Origin: Alphaproteobacteria bacterium
Lineage (GTDB): Bacteria; Pseudomonadota; Alphaproteobacteria; SHVV01
Length of the DNA stretch: 64,000 nt
Assembly: GCA_965261735.1 (NCBI GenBank)
Contig: OZ253470.1
Span: 3,264,001 to 3,328,000, forward strand
Reading direction: 5' to 3'
Shown here one piece after another: positions 63,623-64,000 of the stretch. A model generated the notes under the pieces. It made no database searches and was not told the origin of the DNA. It worked only from the letters and a program-made list of their open reading frames with translations. Numbering within the stretch: position 1 is the first letter of the stretch; the number at the start of each line of letters is the position of its first letter. The position numbers and the translations under genes were made by a program.

Positions 63623-64000
63623 TTAGACGCTTGCGTTTGCCCCCGGCTTAGCCTCAGAAGCCAACCGTTCCATCGCCAGGTCAGCCATCACGCGGAGCGC
63701 GACGGCGCCGTTGTGGATGTCGAGCTTCGACTTGACCGCAATGATGGTGTCGAACAGGCGGGAGAAGTCGTCGTAGTGGGCGACGAGCCAGCGCGCTTCC
63801 GTCTTGGCTTGCTGCATGCGGTCGAGCAGCGCAACGAAGGCTTCCTTTTCCTCCGGCAGAAAGGCTAGGTTGATCTCCTCGTACTTCGGCGCCGCGACGC
63901 TGATCGGCGTCGTGTCGATCTCGGTGATGCCCGCGAGGTCCTCCTCGGTGAGCCCTGAATATTCCTTGAAGGCGAAGTCGAGATCGGCCCATAGCTCGGT
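63623..64000 (-). CDS. C-terminal part of a hypothetical protein (starts beyond the window)
   Basis: Open frame ...KEYSGLTEEDL...LAFLPEE...AKPGANASV*. Confidence 0.6.
   Translation of the reverse strand, partial: TELWADLDFAFKEYSGLTEEDLAGITEIDTTPISVAAPKYEEINLAFLPEEKEAFVALLDRMQQAKTEARWLVAHYDDFSRLFDTIIAVKSKLDIHNGAVALRVMADLAMERLASEAKPGANASV

Overview
GC-rich alphaproteobacterial (Rhodospirillales-like) chromosome. A housekeeping backbone (aapJQMP, pepF, pntAB, rpsU, def, purE, prpE, trcR, metY, hsp20s, rcdA, rpmE, cyaY) is heavily invaded by IS elements (IS256 x2, IS21, IS1595 x2, IS3, IS5, ISKra4-like x2, IS630, IS66 and IS110 remnants) and carries many pseudogenes. The most striking locus (47.7-52.6 kb, between rcdA and rpmE) is a T4-lysozyme-like muramidase without a signal peptide. 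It faces a tandem array of three mosaic, secreted paralogous genes, each preceded by a remnant of the muramidase 3' end broken at the same point. Only the paralog next to the enzyme is intact, which suggests a peptidoglycan-toxin/immunity array. No rRNA, tRNA or CRISPR array was seen. All family calls are from motif recognition; no database search was run.
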